Below the pieces are notes generated by a model. It saw nothing but the letters and a program-made list of their open reading frames with translations, did no database searches and was not told where the DNA came from. From Granulicella sp. (GTDB taxonomy: Bacteria; Acidobacteriota; Terriglobia; Terriglobales; Acidobacteriaceae): 64,000 nt of DNA. Positions 1-11,020 of the stretch are shown here, one piece after another. The position numbers and the translations under genes were made by a program. Each line of letters begins with the position of its first letter. The stretch's first letter is position 1. The stretch lies in contig DAHWNL010000009.1 of NCBI GenBank assembly GCA_027339965.1, forward strand, positions 1 through 64,000, written 5' to 3'.

Positions 1-954
1 TGCGTATGCGGCAACTGCGGCGGCGAGACCGCGGTGATCGGCTACGAGGTCAGCGAAGTGCTAAGCGTGAAGCCGGCCGAGTACTTCGTCGAGGTGACCA
101 AGCGCGAGAAGCGCAGCCTGACATTCTGCTCGCCGTAGACGGGGCTGGGCGCAGAGAGAAACTCGCCCTGATCGCGGGCCAAGGAGAAGACACGCACCGC
201 ACGGATGTGGGTTTACGTCGGCGATAGCGATCGCCCTTACAACGTCTTCGACTTCACGCTCGACCGCACGCGCGATGGGCCGAAGCGGTTTCTTACCGAT
301 TACGGCGGAGTCCTGCTCGCCGATGGCTACGACGGCTACAACGGAGTGGTGGCCAGCAACGGCATCACGCGCGCCGGCTGCTGGGCACATCTGAAAAGAA
401 AATTCGTTGACGCCGAAAGGGCTGCTCCCGAGATCGCTGCTGCCGCGGTCGAGTACGTGCGCGCACTCTACGCAGTCGCACGCAAGGCAAGCGATCTGGA
501 GCCTGCGGCTAGGCTGGCGCTGCGCCGGGAGCCCTCAGCACCGCTCGTTGCGACGCTGCGCGAGAAGCTGCTTGACTGGAAAGAATACCTGCTGCCCAAG
601 CATCCCATGGCCGACGCTGTCGGCTACGCCCTCCGGCAATGGCCCGAGATGACGGTCTTCCTCTCCGATCCCGCCGTACCGCTGGACAATAACGTCAGCG
701 AGCGCGGGATGAAACGCGTGGTTCTAAACCGGAAGAACAGCCTCTTCGTCGGCAACCCGCGCGGCGGACGAACGGCGGCCATCCTGTCCAGCTTGACCTC
801 GACCTGCCGCCGCCATGCGGTCGACCCGCTGCTTTACTTCACTCAACTGCTCACCAACCTGCCCGTCACACCGGCCGAGGAACTCGACCTGTGGCTCCCT
901 GACCAGTGGAAGCTGTGCCACGACGGGACCATGGTCGAACCCGCCGCGCACTGA
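1..954 (+). pseudogene. IS66-family transposase TnpC, disrupted (5' part outside window)
   Basis: Frame 1 from base 1 reads CVCGNCGG...IGYEVSEVL...YFVEVTKREKR (IS66 zinc-finger region) and stops at 136-138. The same frame resumes at ~178 (KEKTRTARMWVY) with DDE-domain motifs ADGYDGY, GCWAHLKRKF, LDNNVSER, RKNSLFVG. The segment normally lying between these two parts is missing. Confidence 0.85.
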
Positions 955-957
955 CCC

Positions 958-978
958 TGGGGTTCGTTGAGCGCTCAC
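958..978 (+). mobile_element. IS66 right terminal inverted repeat (probable)
   Basis: Reverse complement reads GTGAGCGCTCAACGAACCCC, matching the GT(A/G)AGCG start typical of IS66 TIRs. It lies just after the transposase stop, and base composition changes beyond it. Confidence 0.6.
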
Positions 979-1035
979 GGGCATCTCAGTAGCTGCACCA
1001 AAAAGTCGCCACGCAACATCTGATGGTCTGCAAAC

Positions 1036-2364
1036 CTAACTTGATTCCCGGCTCAGCCGCTTCAACCACGGGATAAGCCCGACCAGCGCGAGGGCAGAAG
1101 CCAATGCGAGAATGACAAAGATCGCATAAAATCGCCCAGCGCTCATAGAGCCAGAGAGAGCCGCAATGGAACCGGCAAGCTTATTGCCGATTCCTTCTGC
1201 TAAGAACCATGCGGCCATGAGTTGGGACCCAAATCTCGTCGGAGCCATTTCGGTCACGTATGCCAGACCCACGGGGGATAGCATCAGCTCGCCCCAGGAG
1301 CGAAACAGATCTGTCCCAACGAACCAGAGGGGACTTATCAACAAGAATCTCTCGCTCCGAAAGCCGGCCCACGTAGCAAACGCAAACCCGGCCGCCAGGA
1401 ATAAGTATCCAACAACCATCTTTGTTGGGGCGGAGGGTTCACGCCCCAGTTTTTGCAGATATTTCCATGTAATAGCGAGGAGTGGAGCGAAGGCCAGAAT
1501 CACGACGGGATTGATCGATTGAAACCAGCTCGCAGGAACTTCAAAGTGCCCAATAGTGCGTGCAAGATGCCTGTCAGCGAAAACGCTCAACGAACTGCCC
1601 ACCTGCTCATAGCACGCCCAAAACGGGATTGTGATGATAACCACAATGATGACCGCTAGGACTCCTCTTTTGTCCTGGGGTGTCATCGCAGGCCTCTCGT
1701 GCCCTCGTTTCCCTTCCGTTGGCGGCAAATAGCCGATTCCCTTTAAGTAGCGTTTACGCCCCCACAGATACGATATCAGCCCCAGCGACATTCCGGCGCC
1801 AGCGGCGGCAAATCCATAATTCCACCCTACTACCTGGGCCAAGTAACCGCACGCCAAAGGAGCAAAAAGCGCACCCACGCTAATTCCCATAAAAAAGATC
1901 GTGAAGCCGGCATCACGGCGTTTGTCATCCACTGCATACAGTTGACCGACCATGGTAGAGACATTCGGTTTGAATAAGCCGGTTCCCAGGATGATCAGGC
2001 CTAATCCAATGTAGAAACTGTAGATTCCTCCCACTGCCAGAGTGAAATGCCCGCATACGATGATCACTCCGCCGTAGACAAGAGATTTCCTGGTGCCTAA
2101 CACCTTGTCCGCTACGTAGCCACCAAGCAACGGAGTGATATAGACAAGGGCAGTGTAATTTCCGTATAAGTTCGCAGCTCGGCTCACCGACCATCGCTGA
2201 GCGTCCACCAGATACAACACCAACAATGCCTTCATCCCATAATAGGAAAAGCGCTCCCACATCTCAACAAAGAAGAGGAACATCAGTCCCGTTGGATGGC
2301 CAAATAATCCCGTGTCCCGATCATGGCATGAACTCGGGATGACATCAGATGTCCCGCCTCTCAC
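1036..2364 (-). CDS. POT/PTR family proton-dependent oligopeptide transporter
   Basis: GHPTGL...EMWERFSYYGM (ExxERFxYY), GTGLFKPN, SPVGL motifs; hydrophobic MFS profile; GTGA overlap with the upstream peptidase stop. Confidence 0.95.
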   Translation of the reverse strand: MRGGTSDVIPSSCHDRDTGLFGHPTGLMFLFFVEMWERFSYYGMKALLVLYLVDAQRWSVSRAANLYGNYTALVYITPLLGGYVADKVLGTRKSLVYGGVIIVCGHFTLAVGGIYSFYIGLGLIILGTGLFKPNVSTMVGQLYAVDDKRRDAGFTIFFMGISVGALFAPLACGYLAQVVGWNYGFAAAGAGMSLGLISYLWGRKRYLKGIGYLPPTEGKRGHERPAMTPQDKRGVLAVIIVVIITIPFWACYEQVGSSLSVFADRHLARTIGHFEVPASWFQSINPVVILAFAPLLAITWKYLQKLGREPSAPTKMVVGYLFLAAGFAFATWAGFRSERFLLISPLWFVGTDLFRSWGELMLSPVGLAYVTEMAPTRFGSQLMAAWFLAEGIGNKLAGSIAALSGSMSAGRFYAIFVILALASALALVGLIPWLKRLSRESS

Positions 2365-4637
2365 TGAGGTAGTCCGCCAGGCGTAAGATGTTCTTCAAGG
2401 AATCGAGCGAGCAGGTTGTAGAGATGCAAAGAGGTACCAGGTCCCTCGGACAATGCATGAGTCCGATTCGGATAATCCATGAAGTCAAATGGCTTTTTCA
2501 GTTGGATGAGTCGGTTCACAAGCAACTCAGTGACTTGAAAGTGACAGTTATCATCCCCTGAACCATGAACGATGAGCAAATGCCCGCGCAGACCCTGTGC
2601 GAAATTGATGGGCGAGCCATCGTGATAGCCCTCAGGATTGGCCTCCGGCAAACCCATATAGCGCTCCTGATATATCGTGTCATAGTGGCGCTGATCTGCC
2701 ATTGGCGCAACAGCCATGCCTGTGGAGAAGAGTCCAGGATATCGGAACATAAGATTCAATGTATTTGAACCTCCGCCACTCCAGCCCCACACCGCCATGC
2801 GAGATCGATCGACATAGCTATGATCCTTAGCGAAGTCCAGGATTGCCTCAGACTGTTGCTTTGAGGAAAGTGGTCCAAGGCTCCCATACACGATCTTGCG
2901 CCATGCACGGCCCTTGGGCGCAGGCGTACCCTGGTTGTCGAAGCTGAGGATGATGTATCCTTCGTTCGCAAGGGCCCGATGGAATAACATCGTGTTCCCG
3001 CCCCATTTGTCAGTCACCGTCACGGCCGCCGGCTCCCCATAAACGTATACCAGAACAGGATACTTCTTCTGGGGGTCGAAGCTTTTCGGTTTTATCATCC
3101 ATCCATCGAGTTGGACGCCATTATCAAGCTGAACTCGAAAGAACTGTGTTGGCGATAAGATCAATTCTGCCGCTTTGGCCGACAAGCTTTGGTTGCTCTC
3201 AAGGACGCGTATCCTATGATGATCGGGGAGACTGATTAGATCAGTCACTGGAGGCGAATCAGATGTCGAGTAGGTATGAAAAGCATAGCGCCCATTCGGT
3301 GAAATATCATAGCTGTGGGTCCCTGGTTCACTCAAGGGTGTTACGCGCACGGGAGATCCCTGGCCATCAAGACGTATGCGATAGAGATATCGTTGCGTCG
3401 CATTCTGGGGCGATGCGATGTAGTAGAGCCAGTGACCTTGATCATCGGCCGATACTTCCTGGATGACATCCCAAGGTCCCTTGGTTAAAAGTTCCGGGGC
3501 GCCTCCCTCCCTCGGAACACGATATACGTGACGCCATCCGTCACGTTCACTCAGCCAGAGCAAGCTGTTCCCGCCGTCAATCCATTGAAACGTTTCTACC
3601 AAGTCCACCCACGCTGGGTCTCGATCCTCAAGTATCTCTCGGACGGATCCCGTATGCACATCTGCCAGGAAAGCCTTGTTGTCATTCTGGAGCCTGTTCA
3701 GAACTTCGAGAACCAGATCATTTGAGTCACCTGCCCACTCCATACGCGCAATATATTGCTCTCGCGGGTTTCCAGGGATATTCATCCAGCGCGTAGCTCC
3801 TCCGTCGACGCTGACGATACCCACACGAACCGCGGAGTTGACTGTTCCTACCTGCGGATAGGGGTACCTCTTCACAACCGGGTACTCTTGTTCTGTATCA
3901 TTGATGAGAGTGTAGACTCCCACGCCACTGGTGTTGAATTGCCAATAGGCAATTGCTCGTCCGTCTGGACTCCAGCGAAAACCGTTGCGAATGCTCAGCT
4001 CTTCCTCATTGACCCAATCGGATGTTCCGTTGACCACCGTTGCGGACCCATCTTTGGTTACAGATTCGATCACACCGCTTCCGAGATCCTGTACATAGAT
4101 ATTGTTGGCGTGGACATAGGCCACCTTTGCGCCGTCAGGCGAGAACTGCGCAAACATCATTGAGGAGGCTGGAATCTTCCCGCCAAGCTTCTGCAGGCTT
4201 CCAGTAGATAAGTCAAGGACCCAATAATCGCCTCGGGTGTTCTGACGCCACACCTTCTTCGAGTTGGTATAGATGAGGAGACGCTTGGAGTCCGCAGACC
4301 ATGCATAATCATCTATGGAAATGGGGCTCTCTCCCTTAGCTGGTACGAGTTTTGAGGCTGAGACAAGGATTGTCCTCTTCCCTGTAACTGTATCGTACCG
4401 TACGATATCTCTCGCCGGCGTGTTTGGATAGTCCGCTGAGGGCTCTACTGTCGTATATGCATCTCCTGCGTCGAGCCATCGCGCAGGCCCGAAGGTCTGA
4501 ACGTCAAACTCATGTTTGTTGAAGATTCTATCTAGAGTCTGACTCAGTTCTGAAGATAGCTGTGCTTGACAGCTCACACAAACAAGAGTGAACACCGCTA
4601 CAACAGATGTGATCGAGCGAGTGATTCGATATGACAT
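2361..4637 (-). CDS. Secreted S9B dipeptidyl-peptidase IV
   Basis: Signal peptide; DWVNEEE motif; GWSGGG nucleophile; HGSGDDNCH and YPNRTH complete the catalytic triad. Confidence 0.93.
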   Translation of the reverse strand: MSYRITRSITSVVAVFTLVCVSCQAQLSSELSQTLDRIFNKHEFDVQTFGPARWLDAGDAYTTVEPSADYPNTPARDIVRYDTVTGKRTILVSASKLVPAKGESPISIDDYAWSADSKRLLIYTNSKKVWRQNTRGDYWVLDLSTGSLQKLGGKIPASSMMFAQFSPDGAKVAYVHANNIYVQDLGSGVIESVTKDGSATVVNGTSDWVNEEELSIRNGFRWSPDGRAIAYWQFNTSGVGVYTLINDTEQEYPVVKRYPYPQVGTVNSAVRVGIVSVDGGATRWMNIPGNPREQYIARMEWAGDSNDLVLEVLNRLQNDNKAFLADVHTGSVREILEDRDPAWVDLVETFQWIDGGNSLLWLSERDGWRHVYRVPREGGAPELLTKGPWDVIQEVSADDQGHWLYYIASPQNATQRYLYRIRLDGQGSPVRVTPLSEPGTHSYDISPNGRYAFHTYSTSDSPPVTDLISLPDHHRIRVLESNQSLSAKAAELILSPTQFFRVQLDNGVQLDGWMIKPKSFDPQKKYPVLVYVYGEPAAVTVTDKWGGNTMLFHRALANEGYIILSFDNQGTPAPKGRAWRKIVYGSLGPLSSKQQSEAILDFAKDHSYVDRSRMAVWGWSGGGSNTLNLMFRYPGLFSTGMAVAPMADQRHYDTIYQERYMGLPEANPEGYHDGSPINFAQGLRGHLLIVHGSGDDNCHFQVTELLVNRLIQLKKPFDFMDYPNRTHALSEGPGTSLHLYNLLARFLEEHLTPGGLPQ

Positions 4638-4912
4638 GTTCCCTTCTCCCCTTCCTACTCACTGGACACAGGAGAGCCCTCACGGATCTCCTGACCTACA
4701 TCGCTGTCACGCTTGCCTAGATAATCTGATCGAGCGGCCGCATGAAACAGAAAGCATGGACTTAGCGTTCTGCATATTTGGATGATCCACAACATTTGCC
4801 ATTGTTAGTACAACATTGTTAACCTGGTCCCACGCTCGGACGAGTCATGCGAATGCAGCCTGCTCTGCGGGACATATTTTGTCGCTTTTAATCCTTGGCT
4901 GCGCGCAGTGAC

Positions 4913-7468
4913 TCACGGATCCAAGGAGTATGTTTCTCCTGGGGTGGTGTTGAATTTGATCAGACCCTTCTCCGGACGGCTGATTGGGGCCTCGCCATGA
5001 GATGTACTGACATGGGATAGTTCAGTCCGGCTCCGTACTTTGCAAGGACCTCCCAGGCGAGAATGAATCGATGCTCTCATGATCCTCTGGTTCTGCCACC
5101 TCATGTCCACCTCGAAGCCTCCACGAGCTTTGAGGCCCCTAACAGAGCCCGTAGCCCAGACGCTGGGGAGAGCTGGAAGAAGGTGGAGTTCTCCAGCTTG
5201 AGACTGAAGGAGCATTTCGGCAATGCCAGCAGCCGCTCCTAGATTGCCATCGATCTGGAAGGGCAGAGCATTCATCAGGTTCGGATAGGTTCCTCCATCT
5301 GTGTAGCTGATCTCTTCGCTATCAGCGAAGGTCAACAATTTATGAAGCTCTCGGTAGGCATATTCTCCATCGAGAAGGCGAGCACGAAGACAGATCTTCC
5401 AGGCCATGGTCCAGCCGGGACCACCATCTCCTCTCGACGTCAGCAACTTGGATGCAGCAGCCGCAAGCTCCGGTGTTCGTTTTGGACTAATTTCATGCCC
5501 AGGGTAAAGGCCCCAAAGGGGGGATAGATGGCGGTGATGGTCCTGCGGATCATCCCAGTCCTCCAGCCATTCCTGCAGTTGGCCCCACTTGCCGATCTGC
5601 AAAGGTGCAAGTTGCTGACTGGTCGCGTGGAGCTGGCGCCGGAAGTCGGCGTCGACACCCAGAATCTCGCTCGCTCTAATACAGCCTTCAAAGAGATTCC
5701 TCAGTATCGACATATCGATCGTCGGTCCAGCGCAAATCGTGGTTCCCTTGAGGTGGAGATTTGTAACCTCGTCCCAGAAAGCGATGCTCGTCGAAGGAAC
5801 TTCAGGGAAGTGTTCCGGGGACGTCGACGGGCAGGTCACTTTCCACTTGTGTACCGGATCCTCCGTCAGCGTGTCGAGAAAGAATTCTGCGGATCCTCTC
5901 ATCACTGGGTAATACCGCTTGAGAGCTTCAAGATCGCCGTTGAAAAGATAGTTCTCCCAAAGATGAGTGCATAACCACGCGCCACCTGTGGCGAACGTGC
6001 CCCATGTCGGGCCATCCATAGGAGCACAGGCCAGCCAGAGATCGGTATTTTGGTGCAGCACCCAGCCCTTGGCTCCATAATTGATTTGTGCGACACGACT
6101 CCCGGGTTGGACCATATCAGCAATCATCCGAAATAGGGGTTCAGCGCACTCAGCGAGATTGGCGGATTCCGCCGGCCAGTAATTCATCTGCAGGTTGATG
6201 TTTGTTGTGTACTTGCCGCCCCAGGGTGGCAGGTTGGACTCGTTCCACTTCCCTTGGAGATTTGCCGGCATGCAGCCGGGCCGTGAACTTGAGATCAACA
6301 TGTAGCGCCCAAACTGGAAGTAGAGAGCGGCTAAATCAGGATCATTTGTTTCCTGAAATTTCGCTAAGCGCTCATCTGTGGGCACGCTGTCGCTCTTTGA
6401 ACTTCCGAGATTGAGATAGACACGACGAAACAGTCTCTGATGCTCAACCACATGATCTCTGCGCAGGTCGGGATAAGATTTTGCGGCCGCTGCTTCGATC
6501 TGCTCCCTGATCCGTGGTTCCGGATTTCGACTCACATCCTTGGGATCGACGAAGCTGGTTCCAGCCGCTGTGATGATCGTGACAGCATCTGCTTCGGCCA
6601 CATCGAGTGTGCACTCAAGAGCAGTGATTGCACCGCCCTCAGCCAAAATCTTCGCCCGCGTCCAATATTGCAGTTGAGATTCAACTCCTTCATCTGACAT
6701 GGCGCGGCCTCGCACCACGAGTTCATTGGGTGGAACCGCATCGTAACGCGCGTCTCCATCCCGCTGCTCAGAGTTTCCTGCAATCAGTGCCGCTGAAAAA
6801 GAGATCTTTCGTGGTTGGTCTGCCGTTAAGCGTACGACGATCACCTGGTCTACTGAGCTGACGAATGTTTCACGTCGAAATGTAACGTTGTCTGCCCTGT
6901 AGCTGACCGTAACGATAGCCTCATCCAGATCGAGTTGTCGCCGGTAATCGGTAACCGGATTAGGCACAACCCGCGCCATATCCGTTTTCGATTGAAGTTG
7001 ACGCCGCAGGGCATGACTCTGCCCCGGGAAGGTCAGCCAGAGGTCCCCTAAGGGCTGGTACTGCATCTGTGGAATTGCCACACCGAACATCGTGCGTCCG
7101 AACAGCCGATGCGCCTTGAGATACTCGCCGGCAAATACCAACCTGCGGATCTCTGGAAGAGCTTCCTTCCCTTTGGGATTGGTGGGATCGTATGGGCCAC
7201 CGCTCCAGACCGTTTCCTCATTGAGTTGAATCCGTTCTGCAGCCGTGCCACCAAACACCATTGCTGCCAACCGACCATTTCCCAAAGGAAGCGCCTCAAT
7301 CCATCTCGAGGCCGGTCTCCGATACCACAGCATCGAACTGCTCTTGGTCTCCGCAGGAGCATCTGCATTTCCAGGAGGGTGTTGTTGATGGGTGACATGA
7401 CTCTGTAGCGGAAGCGGAAGCGTGACAGCGCTTGCCGTGATGGTTTTCAAAAACCCCCGTCGCTTCAT
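4913..7468 (-). CDS. GH95 alpha-L-fucosidase-like glycoside hydrolase, Tat-exported
   Basis: Start moved to MKRRGFLK (twin-Arg signal). Motifs [57 protein letters not shown]. Confidence 0.93.
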   Translation of the reverse strand: MKRRGFLKTITASAVTLPLPLQSHVTHQQHPPGNADAPAETKSSSMLWYRRPASRWIEALPLGNGRLAAMVFGGTAAERIQLNEETVWSGGPYDPTNPKGKEALPEIRRLVFAGEYLKAHRLFGRTMFGVAIPQMQYQPLGDLWLTFPGQSHALRRQLQSKTDMARVVPNPVTDYRRQLDLDEAIVTVSYRADNVTFRRETFVSSVDQVIVVRLTADQPRKISFSAALIAGNSEQRDGDARYDAVPPNELVVRGRAMSDEGVESQLQYWTRAKILAEGGAITALECTLDVAEADAVTIITAAGTSFVDPKDVSRNPEPRIREQIEAAAAKSYPDLRRDHVVEHQRLFRRVYLNLGSSKSDSVPTDERLAKFQETNDPDLAALYFQFGRYMLISSSRPGCMPANLQGKWNESNLPPWGGKYTTNINLQMNYWPAESANLAECAEPLFRMIADMVQPGSRVAQINYGAKGWVLHQNTDLWLACAPMDGPTWGTFATGGAWLCTHLWENYLFNGDLEALKRYYPVMRGSAEFFLDTLTEDPVHKWKVTCPSTSPEHFPEVPSTSIAFWDEVTNLHLKGTTICAGPTIDMSILRNLFEGCIRASEILGVDADFRRQLHATSQQLAPLQIGKWGQLQEWLEDWDDPQDHHRHLSPLWGLYPGHEISPKRTPELAAAASKLLTSRGDGGPGWTMAWKICLRARLLDGEYAYRELHKLLTFADSEEISYTDGGTYPNLMNALPFQIDGNLGAAAGIAEMLLQSQAGELHLLPALPSVWATGSVRGLKARGGFEVDMRWQNQRIMRASIHSRLGGPCKVRSRTELSHVSTSHGEAPISRPEKGLIKFNTTPGETYSLDP

Positions 7469-7682
7469 CGGTTCCTCATTCCATGGAATTCGAATATAGA
7501 AGGATCGAGCTCGCCTGATCAATCTCCTGCGCTTCTGCGAGAGGGCATTTGAGATCGCGTCCTTCCCCAGCAGAAGGATGTTGCACGCGAGACAGACCCC
7601 CTACCTTCTACTGCGAGTCTCAATCTCTATTTGAGACATGTTGGTCTGGAACCAATGAATCAATCCAAGAAGGCTTTCAAAA

Positions 7683-7949
7683 TTAAATCCGAGCAGATGG
7701 CAGCCGAAGTTTCATCGCCATCCCCAGACTGCTCTTTCTCTCACCTCTGCGCCGGTCCCATCGCGTGTCGTGATGAAAGGTTGGCGTGGAAATGTCTTCG
7801 CGCCGGGAGCAGGGCAAATTCCCTGCTGATGGCATCGGGATGGGGAAAGATTCCGCGAAGCAGGCGCTGAATGGGGTGTCAAGCGGGAACAAGGCCATAC
7901 AAGTCAAGACGTCGATTGAGAAGCTTCTGCGCGATAAATTCCGGTTCAC
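7683..7949 (-). pseudogene. Possible truncated gene with Tat-like N-terminus
   Basis: SD-like GGAAAGGA upstream and MNRNLSRRSF start directly downstream of the enolase gene; the rest of the ORF is not recognisable. Confidence 0.3.
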
Positions 7950-7979
7950 CGATGAGATCCTTTCCTGCGTGCGTCGTAT

Positions 7980-9095
7980 CTATGAAATGGAGAGGACCGG
8001 ATCACCCAGTACATCCCATCTGGGCTCGATGCCGAGCCCAGGCGATGTCGATGCAGCAAGACATCCGCCTTGGCGCCTAGGCGCTCCGTCGGCGATACTT
8101 TTCGTCACGTAGCTGTTGAAGTCAGTCGACGAGAACAGATATTCCGGTGGCGTGCTATGCGCCAGATGCGCAATGGTAGCGGTGGTGATATCGCCACCCC
8201 AGCTATCTTCGATTGTCATGGCGATGCCGAGAGATACACACAAGTCTCTGATTTGTCTCGCTTTTGTGAGTCCCCCGACCTTTGAAATCTTGAGATTGAC
8301 CACATCCATGGCTCGATCTTTCAGCCCCTCGACCACCATCGCCAAACTATCGATCACTTCGTCGAGAATAAACGGTTTGGATGTATGCGTCCTTACTGTC
8401 AAACATTCTCGATAGCTTGCGCAAGGTTGTTCGATGTAAACATCCACGTCTCGCAGAGCATCTACGACCCTGATCGCCTGGTGCTGGCTCCAGCCAGTAT
8501 TCGCATCTGCAACGAGAACATCCCTATTGCTCAGGATTTGGGCAACCTCCTGGACGCGGGCGATGTCCGTATCCGGATTCCCTCCAACTTTAAGCTGAAA
8601 CTTTCTATATCCTTCACTCCGATACGACGCCACTTTACGCGCCATTTCGGCTGGGTCTTCCTGGGAGATCGCTCGATAGAGTGGAAAGGATTCGCCATAG
8701 CGGCCACCGAGCAGAGAGACGATGGGCAGACCGGCAAGTTTGCCCAGAATATCCCAACATGCGATGTCGATTGCGGATTTCACATACGGGTGTCCACGCA
8801 AGCCGAAATCCATTCGATCATTGACAACGGATAGTTCCGTCGGATTCAAGCCAATCAGATGAGGAGCGACTTCTGCGATGCCGGATCGGACCCCGGAGGC
8901 ATAGGCAGCCAGATAGGCTGGCCCCAGGGGACAGACCTCTCCGTATCCGCTGATACCTGCGTCCGTGTGGACGGCCACTACGGTGGAATCAAAGACATCG
9001 ACACTCTTGCCGCCAGACCATTTATAAACACCTTCACAAAGCGGTAGATCCACCTGGAAAGCTTGGATTTTCTTGATTTTTGGAAACGTCATCAT
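7980..9095 (-). CDS. Mandelate racemase/MLE-subgroup enolase, cis-3-hydroxy-L-proline dehydratase-like
   Basis: N-terminus QVDLPL.EG.Y.WS.G.. VFDSTVV...TDAG..GY.E.CPLG.AYL; QLKVGG; metal ligands in DANTGW / EQP / [19 protein letters not shown]. Confidence 0.8.
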   Translation of the reverse strand: MMTFPKIKKIQAFQVDLPLCEGVYKWSGGKSVDVFDSTVVAVHTDAGISGYGEVCPLGPAYLAAYASGVRSGIAEVAPHLIGLNPTELSVVNDRMDFGLRGHPYVKSAIDIACWDILGKLAGLPIVSLLGGRYGESFPLYRAISQEDPAEMARKVASYRSEGYRKFQLKVGGNPDTDIARVQEVAQILSNRDVLVADANTGWSQHQAIRVVDALRDVDVYIEQPCASYRECLTVRTHTSKPFILDEVIDSLAMVVEGLKDRAMDVVNLKISKVGGLTKARQIRDLCVSLGIAMTIEDSWGGDITTATIAHLAHSTPPEYLFSSTDFNSYVTKSIADGAPRRQGGCLAASTSPGLGIEPRWDVLGDPVLSIS

Positions 9096-9826
9096 CTTCT
9101 CTTCTGGGTTTCTTCGTTGGGCTGCCGTGGTTTTTCGAGCAGGGCAATTAGCGCCTGTCCTGCGCTGAGAATGTGGTCTTTGAGCAGTTCTGGCGACTTT
9201 TTACGGTCTCTTCGGACGCACGCTGCAAGAATCTCGCGATGCTCCTGGGCTGCACGCTGTGTCCAATGAGTTACCGAGATTTGAATCTTCGCGTAACGTT
9301 CATTCAGGTGATGCAGGCTTTGAAGGATGCCCATGGCGATGGAACATCCGCTCGGCGCGCACAGGGTTGAGTGAAAGCGCCAGTTATACTCTCCCCATGT
9401 TGCAACCTCATTTTTTTTAAATGCGGTCTCGTAGTCGTCAAGAATGCGCTTGGCCTGCTCGAGCTCCGCCGTTGCCAGACGCGGAATGGCTTTTCCCAAA
9501 ACCTCCGGTTCAATCATGGCGCGCAGGTGAATCACCTCCTGAATCTCACTCAGGGAGAGGCCGGATACCACGGCCCCCTTTCCTGGTTGAAACAGCAGCA
9601 GCCCTTCGACCTCCAACTGACGCATGGCCTCCCGAAGTGGAATGCGGCTGATGGCATATTCGCGCGCAATGGCTACCTGATTGAGCGATTCCCCCGCTTG
9701 AAACTCGCCGTCAATGATCCGCTGACGCAGAGCATTTACCGCGGTCTCCACCAGCGTCTTGCGTGGCAGCGCCGATGGCGCAGCGGCAGCAACAATTCGC
9801 TCGAAGGCCGGCTGGAAAGAGTTCAT
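9092..9826 (-). CDS. GntR (FadR/FCD) family transcriptional regulator
   Basis: w[24 protein letters not shown] domain NWRFH...EHREIL; ATGA overlap with the enolase gene. Start set at MNSFQ (9826); the longer ORF-track start runs into IS debris. Confidence 0.9.
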   Translation of the reverse strand: MNSFQPAFERIVAAAAPSALPRKTLVETAVNALRQRIIDGEFQAGESLNQVAIAREYAISRIPLREAMRQLEVEGLLLFQPGKGAVVSGLSLSEIQEVIHLRAMIEPEVLGKAIPRLATAELEQAKRILDDYETAFKKNEVATWGEYNWRFHSTLCAPSGCSIAMGILQSLHHLNERYAKIQISVTHWTQRAAQEHREILAACVRRDRKKSPELLKDHILSAGQALIALLEKPRQPNEETQKRR

Positions 9827-9831
9827 CAAGA

Positions 9832-9841
9832 AGTGTATACA
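9832..9841 (-). promoter_or_regulatory. Putative GntR operator (TGTATACA) overlapping a -10 element
   Basis: Palindrome TGTATACA at 9834-9841 overlaps TACACT, which lies 5 nt before the regulator ATG. GTATAC-cored palindromes are common FadR-subfamily operators. Confidence 0.45.
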
Positions 9842-10049
9842 TGACACCATTGCATGAAAGCAAGAGCGTTTTGAGATCGTTGAAGACATGCCGCCCGGAA
9901 TGGAGCGCGAAGTGTGCCGTTCGGAATCCAGGTTGGATCTCTGGGCGATGGAGTGGATGTTTCGGTTCCCGATTTTTCTGTTGAGGGAGCCTGGTTTTTC
10001 TGGATTCTTCGCCGGAGTTCGACGCAGCAGCGTTCGATGCCGTAGGCGG

Positions 10050-10925
10050 ATGCGCAGCCTACATCCTCTCAGTATGGGGAGAGCAAAGACGACCGCCATG
10101 TTGGACAGGTCGCGCTCCGACAGATGGAAGGCAGCTGGGCAGTCAAGGACTCGCCACCAGCGGCAGCGGGCCCGCGCCGCAGCCGGGTCCTGGCGTCGGT
10201 CCTCGGCCTACGTACGCGGATGGGGCTTTGAGCCTGAGGGAAGGGTAGCTGAGTTGACGAACTTTCTTCAAGGATATCGCTGCTTGTAGACTCCCTGCCC
10301 GAGTCCGAGGCATTCACCTTAGCCGGCTGGAGCGGAGCAGGGCTGGCAAGTCATGTACGACGTGATGCTCTGGGTGGCCGCGGCTGAGCCTAGTACTACG
10401 GTTGTAGATAGCGATAGGAGAGGAGCTGCCGGAAGCAATGAGGCAGTGGCGATTGGCGCTTCCGGTAGGGGTAGAAGATGGCGAGGAGTTGGTGATCCCG
10501 GCGCAGCTTGCTGTCGCTGCCATAGACCTCATCGCCTGCTACCCAGCCCACCGGAACCCCTGCGTCCAGGGCGCGCCCGACCGCGCCAGCTCCGGCTTGC
10601 TGCCAAACTCGACCGTGTCCCGAATCCCCGCCGCGCGGCAACGCTCGCGATCCTGGGCCCACTCCTGCGGCACATACAGCGCACGAACCACCAGCGCCGC
10701 GCCCTTTTCGCTGGCATAGCCCAGAAATACCCCTACCTGGCTGTTCTCAATCCGCCCCGCTGTGCCACTGTACTGGCGCTTGACTCCCGCAGAAGGAACG
10801 CCCTTCTTCACACAGCCCGTCTCATCGACGATCAGCACCGCATCCGGGCTGCCCAAGGCCCCCACCACCTACTCGCGAACTCCGTCCCGCGCCGTTTCCT
10901 CATCCCATCGGACACGGTCCGGCGG
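10050..10925 (-). pseudogene. Degraded IS701-family transposase, plus further unidentifiable IS-like debris
   Basis: RWDEETARDGVRE* then VLIVDETGCVKKG..SAGVKRQYSGTAGRIENSQVGVFL, frameshifting into ALDAGVPVGWVAGDEVYG: IS701 DDE motifs with a stop and a frameshift. Confidence 0.85.
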
Positions 10926-11020
10926 ACTCCGCTCGCAAACCCAAAGTCAACTTACACCCTGTGGCGTTTTCCGCAACGCTGTGGCGCCTCCATGCCCAAT
11001 CCAGCTGACAAACAAGAGCC

